A stretch of DNA of 35,424 bases from NCBI GenBank assembly GCA_964654965.1, contig CAZZLF010000001.1, forward strand, positions 1 to 35,424, written 5' to 3'. The position numbers and the translations under genes were made by a program. Under the pieces are notes generated by a model, which was not told the origin of the DNA, searched no databases, and was given only the letters and a program-made list of their open reading frames with translations. Shown here piece after piece: positions 1 to 8,022 of this stretch (position 1 is its first letter; the number at the start of each line of letters is the position of its first letter). The stretch is from an uncultured Bdellovibrio sp. Lineage in GTDB: Bacteria > Bdellovibrionota > UBA1018 > CAIMNF01.

Positions 1-273
1 TCTTACTTGACATTTAAGGGAGGCACTTAATTGACCCCACTTTCGGGTAATCGGACTCCATGCGTATTTATGGCGCACAATAGCCGTAAAAAGGGAAAGC
101 CCCCAACGGAAGCAGCGAGGGAGGCTTTGTACCTAAACAATTGTTCACTTTTGTAGGAGCAAAGGAACAAAAATATCTTGAATGTACCAAGCCCGTTACT
201 ATCTGCTTCATACTAACGGTATTGCCCCACAAAAATACATACACTTCACACAGTTCGCGCGTTAATAAAACAA

Positions 274-298
274 AAGTTATTCACAATGTCAATAACTT
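274..298. repeat. Inverted repeat AAGTTATT (274-281) / AATAACTT (291-298), interleaved with TTCACAA / TTGTGAA, in the left non-coding arm
   Basis: Read directly from the sequence. The arms are ordered X-Y-X'-Y' rather than as a simple hairpin. Function is unknown (protein binding site, att or pac candidate). Confidence 0.5.
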
Positions 299-391
299 GT
301 GAAATAAAAACAAAAACCCCCGACGTTGAAACATCAGGGGCAAAAAGATAAACGCAGTAGTTGGACAAATGTACAAAACTACTTTGAAATA

Positions 392-415
392 AAAAGTACT
401 TTTGAATACAAAGTT
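392..415 (+). promoter_or_regulatory. Conserved late-block module AAAAGTACTTTT-N3-TACAAAGTT, copy 1, upstream of the first late gene
   Basis: A 12-nt perfect palindrome (392-403) is followed 3 nt later by TACAAAGTT (407-415). The same 24-nt arrangement recurs at 7934-7957. It overlaps the TAnnTTTG-like box TACTTTTG (397-404), and a second such box, TAATTTTG (419-426), lies just downstream. Confidence 0.45.
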
Positions 416-429
416 TAGTAATTTTGGAC

Positions 430-1179
430 ATGCCTACGTTCGTAGTAGATAGCACAGCCATACAAGGGCAGGTTAACAGGCTTAAAAAAATAAATAAGTC
501 TGCACTACCCGTCGCCATTAGGCAGACGCTAAATAAGGCTGCTTACGACGTGAAACAAAACACCATGCCTAAAGAATCGGACGTGTTTATCCATCGTAAA
601 CCGACATTCTTTAAAGCCAATAGCAAGGTGATACAGGCGCAAGGATTTGACGTAAAAAGCATGATTGCAGAGGTGGGTTTCTTACCAAAGCCAAATGATA
701 AAAGCCATTCGGTAGAGGATTTGGAACAACAAGAGAAAGGCGGCAACATAAAAGGCAGGGCATTCATTGCTTTACCTGCCGCAAGGGTTGGTAATAGTTG
801 GGGGCGTAACGTTAGGGCAAAGAACAGGCTTGAAAAGATGCGAACGTCAATAATAGACCCACGGAGGAATCCAAAGTCAAAAGGACGGGGTAAAATGTCG
901 TTCATTCTTTCTGCCCGTCATGCTGGTGTTGGTGGGTTTGTAATGAACCAAGACCACACCCGATTACTGGAGATAAAAAGCATAAAAGAAGTGCCTGCGA
1001 ATAACAGGTGGGGCAAGAATACAGTGGTAAAAAGTACGATAGTAGATAGCATAAAAAAGAACAGGAGCGCACATGTGAAAGCGACCAAATTCATGCAAAA
1101 AGCATCGTTAACGTCGGCTAAGAAAATGGAAGCGGACTTTGTGGCACTGGCAAATAAAAAAATAGCATCATTAAAATGA
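430..1179 (+). CDS. Virion protein, weakly lambda gpZ-like (tail completion / minor tail)
   Basis: The ORF track starts at TTG 424; the first ATG is at 430. The N-terminus IQGQVNRLKKINKSALPVAIRQTLNKAAYDV resembles the N-terminus of lambda gpZ as I recall it. The protein is basic. It overlaps the next gene by ATGA. Confidence 0.3.
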   Translation: MPTFVVDSTAIQGQVNRLKKINKSALPVAIRQTLNKAAYDVKQNTMPKESDVFIHRKPTFFKANSKVIQAQGFDVKSMIAEVGFLPKPNDKSHSVEDLEQQEKGGNIKGRAFIALPAARVGNSWGRNVRAKNRLEKMRTSIIDPRRNPKSKGRGKMSFILSARHAGVGGFVMNQDHTRLLEIKSIKEVPANNRWGKNTVVKSTIVDSIKKNRSAHVKATKFMQKASLTSAKKMEADFVALANKKIASLK

Positions 1180-2390
1180 GCTGGTTAGAGAAGATAAATA
1201 CGGACATGAAGATTACAACGGGAGATACTGCACAGTATTACCCTAAGTGGCTTAATGCCCGTAAAGACAAAGAATTTAACTATGCTGAATTTCTATTCAA
1301 GGGTGTAAAGGGTTCGCTTGTTTCCCGCAGGCTACCCAAAGGCAGGCGCTACAACATAGAAATTATCTTCGAGGGTGCAGATTGCTTCGAGGTGTCGGAC
1401 GCATTCGATAAAAGCAGTGAAAACACAAAAGCCTGGACTATTGAGCATCCGGTGTACGGGCAAATAGTAGTACAACCGCTTGGTTTGTCATTTGACAATA
1501 GCATCTACAACATTACCCGTATCACGGGTACTATTATTGAGACAATAGGCAGCAAAGCGCTAAATACGGGCATATCTGCACCGGATACAATAGTTGCTAA
1601 TGCCGTGAGGTCTCAGCAAGTATTTACTGATACTTTTGCAGCGGAGATACCAACACCTGAAACATCGCTATTGCAGGCTATGACAAATAACGTCAATAAC
1701 CTTTATAGTAGCATATCCAGCAAGATTGCAGATAACACGGACTTTACCAACTTCACCAATGCTTACAATCAGGCTAACACACTGCTAACATCAGTAGTGG
1801 TTGATAGCGCTTCATTGATAGGGCAAATTCAGGATGTAGCTGCATTCCCGGCTAACTTTACAGGCTCTGTATTTAGCAGGCTTGATTTTCTTAGTACGCA
1901 GTTCAACACGCTATTTGTCAACCTGCTTACACCACATAAAAAGAGGCTGTATGAAAACAATGCCGCTACAAGCATATTGGGCATGTGCGTAGCTTCAGTA
2001 ACCAACTACGACTATGTAACAAGGAATGACGTAATAGGCGCTATTGACGTTATATTGGATAGCTACAATACATATATTGCCAATCTCGATAGCATACAGA
2101 GTACGGTGGGCGGTAATACAGATAGTTACATACCTGACGCTGATAGTTTAAGTTCACTGGCGGAAGTGGTACAGTACACGTTGGCTTCATTATTTGACAT
2201 TGCGGCAAGTGCAAAGCAACAGCGTACAATGGTGCTCAAAGAAGATACCAACCTTATTTTACTGGCATATCAGCTATACGGGCTTACTGCGGATGATTCA
2301 ACGATTAAGACACTTCAAAAAGATAATAACATAGGCTTACAGGAGATGTTGACAATTAAGAAAAACAGGCAAATACTTTATTACGTGTGA
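1176..2390 (+). CDS. DNA circulation protein-like (Mu gpN / gp43 family) tail-tip protein
   Basis: The N-terminal segment FLFKGVKGSLVSRRLPKGRRYNIEIIFEG...HPVYGQIVV fits the DNA_circ_N pattern (GGRR..HEFP...HP.lG). It has no Walker A, so it is not a terminase. Confidence 0.4.
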   Translation: MSWLEKINTDMKITTGDTAQYYPKWLNARKDKEFNYAEFLFKGVKGSLVSRRLPKGRRYNIEIIFEGADCFEVSDAFDKSSENTKAWTIEHPVYGQIVVQPLGLSFDNSIYNITRITGTIIETIGSKALNTGISAPDTIVANAVRSQQVFTDTFAAEIPTPETSLLQAMTNNVNNLYSSISSKIADNTDFTNFTNAYNQANTLLTSVVVDSASLIGQIQDVAAFPANFTGSVFSRLDFLSTQFNTLFVNLLTPHKKRLYENNAATSILGMCVASVTNYDYVTRNDVIGAIDVILDSYNTYIANLDSIQSTVGGNTDSYIPDADSLSSLAEVVQYTLASLFDIAASAKQQRTMVLKEDTNLILLAYQLYGLTADDSTIKTLQKDNNIGLQEMLTIKKNRQILYYV

Positions 2391-3646
2391 AACTAAAGAT
2401 AGCGGGATATACAATTGATAAGTACAATGAGGTGAGCGTATCACTTCACTACAATAGTGTTGCCTCGTCTTTCCGTTTTAAAGTGCAGTTTGACCCAAAT
2501 AACAGCGTTCACAAAAAGCTATTCAAGCCGTACTCATATCACAGTTGCCAGCTTTACTATCAAAACATACTGCTAATAACAGGTATTTGCCTTGTGGGGC
2601 ATTATGAAGATGGTGCGGTTGAAAGCCTTGTAAATATTAGCGGGTACTCTAAAACAGGGGTATTGGAAGATTGCGTTGTTGTAGCAAATCCGGCGCAATC
2701 TGTAAATCTTACTCTGAAGCAAATAGCAGAAAAGGTATGTGCGCATTACAAAATATCAGTAAAAATAGACCCTGAAGTTGCGGATGTATGCAATCAGGTA
2801 ATCCCAGATAGCACACCCGATATTGACGAAAAAATAAAGGGTTATCTTGATAAGCTATGCAGCCAGCGTAATGTGATTCTAAGCCATACCACAACAGGAG
2901 AATTACTATTTACGAAAAGCAAAGCGGGTAAATTACTTACTAACGAAAGTACGATGGTTAGGGTATCACCAACATCTTTAACATCAGAGTTGGAAGGTGC
3001 GCCAGATTTCAATGCAAGCGGTAACGTTCAAAAATCGGTAAACAGACCAGTACTTTATAAGTTTCAAACAGGGGATAGTATTTGGACACGGATGGTATTA
3101 AATACCAATGGGCAGCGTATGCACAGCGATATTGTGGTGTTTGGGCAGGCTTCAGGCGGTAATGCAGCGCAAAGTCAAACATTAATTAACCCATATGTTC
3201 CCGTAATACTGCCGACAAATTCAAGTGCAATAAAGCGTATTGATACCACTGCTATTGATTCAAGTCTTGCAGGTGCGCCAAGTGGTAACGCTGTAATTGC
3301 ACCGGATAGTAGCGGACTGCCTGTCAGAGGACAAAGGCCAATAAATAAAATACAATCCAGCGGCGATACTATAACAACCGACAAAGCGGCACGTAACTTT
3401 CTTGCCGACGAATTAAAAACACTTACTTTAACCATAGACATTGCAAGTTGGGTGCTTGGCGGGAATCTCATTACCCCTAATCAAATGATTACCGCTATTA
3501 ACCCTAACTGCTATCTATACAAGGAAACAAAGTTTTTTATTCAGGATGTTGAGTTGAGAGGCGACGAACGCAGCGAAACGGCCACAATAACATGTGTAGT
3601 GCCTGAAGCGTACAATGATGAGGTGGTTAAAAACATATTTGCATGA
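2387..3646 (+). CDS. Baseplate hub protein (P2 gpD / Mu gp44 family)
   Basis: 419 aa. The N-terminal beta-rich pattern and the LTLKQIAEKVCAHYKI segment are typical of gpD-like hubs. It lies between the gpN-like and gp45-like genes, as in Mu, with 4-nt overlaps on both sides. Confidence 0.45.
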   Translation: MKLKIAGYTIDKYNEVSVSLHYNSVASSFRFKVQFDPNNSVHKKLFKPYSYHSCQLYYQNILLITGICLVGHYEDGAVESLVNISGYSKTGVLEDCVVVANPAQSVNLTLKQIAEKVCAHYKISVKIDPEVADVCNQVIPDSTPDIDEKIKGYLDKLCSQRNVILSHTTTGELLFTKSKAGKLLTNESTMVRVSPTSLTSELEGAPDFNASGNVQKSVNRPVLYKFQTGDSIWTRMVLNTNGQRMHSDIVVFGQASGGNAAQSQTLINPYVPVILPTNSSAIKRIDTTAIDSSLAGAPSGNAVIAPDSSGLPVRGQRPINKIQSSGDTITTDKAARNFLADELKTLTLTIDIASWVLGGNLITPNQMITAINPNCYLYKETKFFIQDVELRGDERSETATITCVVPEAYNDEVVKNIFA

Positions 3647-4185
3647 TAATATCAAAAGTCATATCGTCAGTTATTGAAAAGGCTAATCGTGTGATTAAGG
3701 TTCTTGCTTTTGGTAGGCAAGATTCCAGGAGTGCAAAGCAAATAACGCCATTCGGTATTGATAGTGTGCCTGTAAAGGATATGCTTGCGGTGTATGCACC
3801 TACGCAAAACGACAGTGAGCGTGTTGTAATTGGGTATCTGCCATTAGCAGAATTGCGTGCTGCGGTTGGTGAAATAAGGCTGTTTGCAACAGACAATGAC
3901 GGAGTAGAGCAAAATAGGTTGTGGCTATATAAAAACGGGAAAATTGACATTGGCGGGACTGGAGCATCAAATAATCCACACCATCTTGTGAGGTGGGAGG
4001 ATTTGGATACATCGTTGCAAAATATGCTTACTCAAATAAATACAGCGGTAACGGTATTTAATGCACATACGCACCCTTATGTGAACGTTGTTACACCAGC
4101 TACAACAAGCCCTACAGCTACTCCGATGACACCACCGACATTAGATATAAGTTCAGCAAAAACCACTAAAATATTAATTGAATAA
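3643..4185 (+). CDS. Baseplate spike protein (Mu gp45 / P2 gpV-like)
   Basis: 180 aa. The pattern FGIDSVPVKD..ERVVIGYL..GEIRLFA..LYKNGKIDIGG matches the small spike family. Confidence 0.45.
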   Translation: MIISKVISSVIEKANRVIKVLAFGRQDSRSAKQITPFGIDSVPVKDMLAVYAPTQNDSERVVIGYLPLAELRAAVGEIRLFATDNDGVEQNRLWLYKNGKIDIGGTGASNNPHHLVRWEDLDTSLQNMLTQINTAVTVFNAHTHPYVNVVTPATTSPTATPMTPPTLDISSAKTTKILIE

Positions 4186-4187
4186 CT

Positions 4188-4502
4188 ATGGTATCATACG
4201 ATAAGTGCGGGCTATACATCAATTCAAAAACCACAGCACGGGAAAGGATTGCCGCTATTGACGAAATAATCACAGCGCTAATGGGTGTTGTCCTTGAATC
4301 AATAGGCACAGCAAACATAACTGAATTTACATTGAATGACGGGCAAACTGTTATCAAAGGCGTGTACCGTAAAGCACAGGATGTTATAGACGCAGTAACA
4401 GACCTTGAAAGGGTGAAGCAGTTTTATATCAACCAAATTAACGGGCGTATGCACCGTGCCGTAGAAGGTAAGAATTTACTCCCTCGTGGATATTACAGGT
4501 AA
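4188..4502 (+). CDS. Head-tail joining protein, lambda gpW-like
   Basis: 104 aa, immediately upstream of the portal. RERIAAIDEIITALMG...DAVTDLERVKQFY...PRGYY parallels lambda gpW (ARAALHDLMTG...SDLKKYIAELE...GPAGFYV). Confidence 0.45.
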   Translation: MVSYDKCGLYINSKTTARERIAAIDEIITALMGVVLESIGTANITEFTLNDGQTVIKGVYRKAQDVIDAVTDLERVKQFYINQINGRMHRAVEGKNLLPRGYYR

Positions 4503-4513
4503 AAATAAGCACA

Positions 4514-6196
4514 ATGAAAATATTTGGAATCAACATAGCATTGCGTAAGCAGAAGCCGGAAGCCGAAACGCCAGAGGTGGTATCTGATACGGCATTGCAA
4601 CCGAAAGCAGATGGTGGCTTTTACGGCGGATGGCGTGGCACTAACGCCCCAATAGTCAACGTACTGTACAGCGGCGAAAAGAACTTAGGTGAACTTGGGC
4701 CGGCCATAAAGTACGATATTGACCACTTTGCTTTAGGTACTCGTGGCTGGCAGCTTGATTTAAACAGCGATGTTTGCCACACAGCCGTAAAGCAAAAAGG
4801 GCGTTGGGTTATCGGTACAGGTCTTGAACTGGATGCGGAACCGCAGACCGAAGCCTTGAAAATGTTTGGTATCACCGTTGACGCTGAAAAGTTCAACAAC
4901 CAAGTAGAATCGCTTTGGAAGGTGTTTGCAAGCGGTAAGGTAGCGGACTATGCCAAACGTGCCAGTCTCCACAAGATTGCTCAAAGGGCGCTGAAAAACG
5001 CATCTGTTTGGGGTGACGTGCTGGTGGTGCTACGTGTTGGTGATGATGGTAACGTAAACGTACAGCTTATAGACGGTCAATGGGTACAAACCCCTGTTGG
5101 GCTTAACTATGCCGCTACTTATAACAAACTTGTGGATAACAAGATTGGATATGACTTTGTGTGGACAAACGGCAACCGTATCAGGTGGGGTGTTGAGATT
5201 GACGATTCAGGGCAGCCAATAGCTTACCATGTGCGTACAGGAATAGGTTTAAACTACGAACGTATCCCATGCAGAGGCGGTAAGTCAGGTGCTTTAATGG
5301 CATACCTTGTTTACGGTAGTGAGTACAGGCTCGATAACCTACGTGGTGTGCCATGCATCACACCTTCAATGGAAGCGGCAAAGCAATTGGACGAATACAC
5401 GTCAGCCACAGTTGCCGGAGCAGTAGAAAGGGCGAAAGTGGCGTGGTACGCATACCATGAGAAAGGTACTAATGAACAAAGCCCAATTGAGGATAACTTT
5501 TTACGTGCGCATGGTATTGACCAAAACCTTCAAACCACAGCGGACAATCAGGCTGTAGCACGGGACGCAGTTGCTACTTACAACAAAACCATACTGAACC
5601 CGACGGCAGGGACAGATTTAAGGTCTTTAGAAAGCAAACAGGAAATACACTACAAAGAATTTTCCGAAACGCTTGCTAACAGGCAGTTTGCTACAATGGA
5701 CATACCACCTGAAGTAGCTACACAGCTATACGGTAGTTCTTATTCAGCAAGCCGTGCCGCTACTAACGGATTTCAGTACAGTTTGAATATTGACCGTGCG
5801 GATTTTGGCAGTCAGTTTTACCAGCCAATATATGACCTGCAACTATCAATATGGATAATTAAAGGTCTTGTTACCGCTCCTGGTTATCTTGACGCATACA
5901 TCAAAAAGGATGTGATGGTGATGGCTGCGTATCACTACGCTAATTGGTTGGGTGCGCCAGTTCCGCAAATAGACGAACTAAAAGAAGTGCAGGCGCAAAG
6001 GCTGAAACTTGGAACAGGGTTTGACCATGTGCCGCTTACTACTGCTCAAAAGGCTGCATCTGATTTGGGTGTTGGTAGCTTTAAGGCAAACGTTATTCAG
6101 GCAGGGAAAGAACTGGAAGAAGCCGACAAAGCAGGTATTGAACCACCGATGGAGCAAGATATGCTAAAAGGTGAAAAGCAAGAAGAAAACGAATAA
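4514..6196 (+). CDS. Portal protein, lambda gpB family
   Basis: 560 aa. YSASRAATNGF and ANWLGAPVPQIDELKEVQAQ parallel lambda gpB YSTARASANES and DWIGSGRMAIDGLKEVQEA. It has no ATPase motif. Confidence 0.85.
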   Translation: MKIFGINIALRKQKPEAETPEVVSDTALQPKADGGFYGGWRGTNAPIVNVLYSGEKNLGELGPAIKYDIDHFALGTRGWQLDLNSDVCHTAVKQKGRWVIGTGLELDAEPQTEALKMFGITVDAEKFNNQVESLWKVFASGKVADYAKRASLHKIAQRALKNASVWGDVLVVLRVGDDGNVNVQLIDGQWVQTPVGLNYAATYNKLVDNKIGYDFVWTNGNRIRWGVEIDDSGQPIAYHVRTGIGLNYERIPCRGGKSGALMAYLVYGSEYRLDNLRGVPCITPSMEAAKQLDEYTSATVAGAVERAKVAWYAYHEKGTNEQSPIEDNFLRAHGIDQNLQTTADNQAVARDAVATYNKTILNPTAGTDLRSLESKQEIHYKEFSETLANRQFATMDIPPEVATQLYGSSYSASRAATNGFQYSLNIDRADFGSQFYQPIYDLQLSIWIIKGLVTAPGYLDAYIKKDVMVMAAYHYANWLGAPVPQIDELKEVQAQRLKLGTGFDHVPLTTAQKAASDLGVGSFKANVIQAGKELEEADKAGIEPPMEQDMLKGEKQEENE

Positions 6197-6202
6197 ATGA
6201 AA

Positions 6203-6233
6203 TTTGGGAAAATGAAAATTTCATTTATCTTTG
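6203..6233 (+). promoter_or_regulatory. Full-consensus Bacteroidota sigma-A promoter (TTTG-N19-TATCTTTG)
   Basis: TTTG at 6203-6206 and TAnnTTTG at 6226-6233 with 19-nt spacing. No protein gene follows on this strand before a terminator. Confidence 0.5.
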
Positions 6234-6239
6234 CAATGA

Positions 6240-6324
6240 TAACATGATAAATTGGAGTCCTACCAATCTATCGCACCCAAAAAAATTACCGCTTTTAATT
6301 TCTATTGAAAGCGGAATTTTTTTT
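6240..6324 (+). ncRNA. Candidate ~85-nt small RNA, antisense to the 3' end of gene 6295-6837
   Basis: It is bounded by the promoter at 6203-6233 and the hairpin CCGCTTT (6289-6295) / AAAGCGG (6308-6314) with a T8 tract (6317-6324). Only a 3-codon ORF lies inside. Confidence 0.3.
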
Positions 6325-6837
6325 AATATACCAATCTTGAAATTGGGTTGATTTACTTTTACATCTATCTCGAACACACTTTGCAGTCATATTATTAGCC
6401 TCCGCAGCAGCGTATGAGCTTTCGTATTCTCCGAAAGGGGTGCAATATATACCTATAAATTTACCGTGTTTACTCCCTTTCGGCGCACCAGGTTTACCTA
6501 ATATTCTATTCTCTTCTTTACACCTTTTGGAATAAAGTTCGCTTCTTCTTTTGCTTATTTTTTCTTTATTATTATCCCGATATTTTGCAACAATCTTATT
6601 GTGTCGGTATCTCAATTCAGGGCGTTGGTCAAATATATTTTTCACCAATTTTGCTCTTGCTTTTTTAAATGCAATCCAAAAATCATTCATAGGTACGTCC
6701 TCTATATTTTTAGCGTCTAAAAATATAAAACTTTCGTGCAGTAGTTCTTCTGGTGTTATTTCTAAGTGATAGTTTCTGCCAGAATGAAGGAATGTTCTCG
6801 ACCAGCTCAATAATTTATTATAATCTTTGTTTGTCAT
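6295..6837 (-). CDS. Island gene A: putative DNA-binding protein with a C-terminal NUMOD-like HTH
   Basis: 180 aa, on the opposite strand to the surrounding late operon. The C-terminus GIYCTPFGEYESSYAAAEANNMTAKCVRDRCKS resembles DNA-binding modules attached to homing endonucleases. No nuclease motif is seen. Confidence 0.5.
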   Translation of the reverse strand: MTNKDYNKLLSWSRTFLHSGRNYHLEITPEELLHESFIFLDAKNIEDVPMNDFWIAFKKARAKLVKNIFDQRPELRYRHNKIVAKYRDNNKEKISKRRSELYSKRCKEENRILGKPGAPKGSKHGKFIGIYCTPFGEYESSYAAAEANNMTAKCVRDRCKSKSTQFQDWYIKKNSAFNRN

Positions 6838-6868
6838 GTTGTCCTAAAATTTACCCTTTACAAATGTA

Positions 6869-6898
6869 ATTGAAAATTATGGAACGAACCTACCTTTG
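6869..6898 (+). promoter_or_regulatory. Putative promoter for gene 7039-7566 (ATTG-N18-TACCTTTG)
   Basis: The -7 box TACCTTTG at 6891-6898 matches TAnnTTTG. A partial -33 element lies at 6869-6872. Confidence 0.35.
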
Positions 6899-6901
6899 AC
6901 A

Positions 6902-6945
6902 CCCCAAAGTTCTCTTTTTATTCACCGTTGGGGTTATTTTTAATC
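6902..6945 (+). promoter_or_regulatory. Terminator-like leader hairpin (possible attenuator) in the 5' UTR of gene 7039
   Basis: CCCCAA (6902-6907) pairs with TTGGGG (6928-6933) and is followed by TTATTTTTAAT. A second inverted repeat, TAATACC (6967-6973) / GGTATTA (6990-6996), lies further downstream. Confidence 0.35.
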
Positions 6946-7038
6946 TTATTGCGTGGGTGAAATCAATAATACCCGTATAGGGCATTAGCGGTATTACTAC
7001 CTATTAGTGTGCGTAATTTTCCGACAAAATTAGTAAAC

Positions 7039-7566
7039 ATGAAAAAACTGCTGACATTAGTCGCTATCCTAATCGCTACAACATCATTTGCGCAGATTAC
7101 GGACACATCATATTCGCCGTTCACCAGAACAGGCCAAATGCTTGTTGACGGTAAAACCTACGCAGGTAACTACCTCGACACCGCAACAAACACTACTGCG
7201 GTAACGCTGGCTGTCGTAAAGGGTAAAAACGGGCATCTTACATACAACAGCAACTTTTGGGGCTACGGCTATGTTGATATGCAGGTGAAACTAACAGGTA
7301 CAAAGATTAGCGGGACTGTTGCTGGGTACGCTAAAATACAAACGTCTACTGACAGCATTACTTGGTATGACGATGTTTATTTAGCGGCTGGTACTATTGA
7401 TACTTTCTCTTTTGGCGATGTAACTACTCAATCCAGGACGTGGACATTGAGGGGTAAAATACCAACTTATTTAAGGCTTGTAATAACCGGTCGTGGCACA
7501 CAGTCATCTTCTTGGAAAGCGCAGTGGGAATTTATCAAGCCGCAAGAGGTGCAGGTTAGTAAGTAA
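7039..7566 (+). CDS. Island gene B: secreted protein with an N-terminal signal peptide
   Basis: The start at ATG 7039 gives MKKLLTLVAILIATTSFAQ, a classic signal peptide. The mature part is beta-rich with no recognisable domain. The track's GTG 7009 start is less likely. Confidence 0.7.
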   Translation: MKKLLTLVAILIATTSFAQITDTSYSPFTRTGQMLVDGKTYAGNYLDTATNTTAVTLAVVKGKNGHLTYNSNFWGYGYVDMQVKLTGTKISGTVAGYAKIQTSTDSITWYDDVYLAAGTIDTFSFGDVTTQSRTWTLRGKIPTYLRLVITGRGTQSSSWKAQWEFIKPQEVQVSK

Positions 7567-7591
7567 ATATATTGTCGTTTTTTGTTTTTGT

Positions 7592-7620
7592 AAAGCGTTC
7601 TACTCTTAGGACGCTTTTTT
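7592..7620. terminator. Bidirectional intrinsic terminator between convergent island genes B and C
   Basis: AAAGCGT (7592-7598) pairs with ACGCTTT (7611-7617). A T run lies downstream and an A-containing run upstream. Confidence 0.55.
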
Positions 7621-7932
7621 ATTTATTAGACCTAATGTCAAAACTACCTTCACAAAACTGGATAGGTCAACAGAGGCATACTCCGCAACAGCTTTTAACT
7701 TATTGACTTGAGTAGGCGTAAGATGTCTAATTACCATCTGTTTGCATGGTTGTGGTTTTTCCGATATTACCCAATCAGGCAAACTATTCAATAGTTCTTT
7801 TAAATCTCTTGAATAGTGCAATGACATTGATTCCCCAATATTATTTGCATGTTGTTTAAACTTTTCAACTCCAACTGATTTTACACGTATTCCGTGCGTA
7901 CACGGAGCGCAATATTTAATCTGCTTTGTCAT
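7606..7932 (-). CDS. Island gene C: hypothetical protein, possible ribbon-helix-helix-like C-terminus
   Basis: 108 aa on the opposite strand. LTPTQVNKLKAVAEYASVDLSSFVKVVL resembles RHH or partition-type DNA binders. This is a weak call. Confidence 0.5.
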   Translation of the reverse strand: MTKQIKYCAPCTHGIRVKSVGVEKFKQHANNIGESMSLHYSRDLKELLNSLPDWVISEKPQPCKQMVIRHLTPTQVNKLKAVAEYASVDLSSFVKVVLTLGLINKKAS

Positions 7933-7933
7933 A

Positions 7934-7957
7934 AAAAGTACTTTTTTTTACAAAGTT
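7934..7957 (+). promoter_or_regulatory. Conserved late-block module AAAAGTACTTTT-N3-TACAAAGTT, copy 2, upstream of the protease gene
   Basis: The palindrome (7934-7945) and TACAAAGTT (7949-7957) have the same spacing as the copy at 392-415. It lies in the divergent spacer between 7932 (-) and 8023 (+). Confidence 0.45.
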
Positions 7958-8022
7958 AATTACTATTACCCTTATAAGGCATAAAAACATATCCACACAA
8001 TACCCAATTCTACTTTTATATC

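Noticed and set aside
7-33. E. coli-style TTGACA ... TTAATT promoter look-alike at the window start
   Set aside because: The spacing is only 14-15 nt, and the other signals in the element follow the Bacteroidota TTTG / TAnnTTTG grammar. It is probably fortuitous.
246-905. Track ORFs 246-518 (-) and 543-905 (-)
   Set aside because: The first lies mostly in the non-coding left arm and overlaps the 5' end of gene 430-1179 antisense. The second is antisense inside that gene. Both have odd Cys/Phe/Leu-rich composition and are typical shadow ORFs. The same reasoning applies to the other antisense ORFs nested in long genes, for example 2709-2894, 3175-3471, 3627-3950, 9718-10281, 10785-11129, 11105-11458, 21478-21732, 25023-25424, 26142-26659, 28734-29108, 29604-30086 and 34280-34908.
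7989-7997. DnaA-box-like ATATCCACA upstream of the protease gene
   Set aside because: It is a single 8/9 match with no cluster, so chance occurrence is likely. It is noted only because the phage encodes a DnaA domain IV protein.
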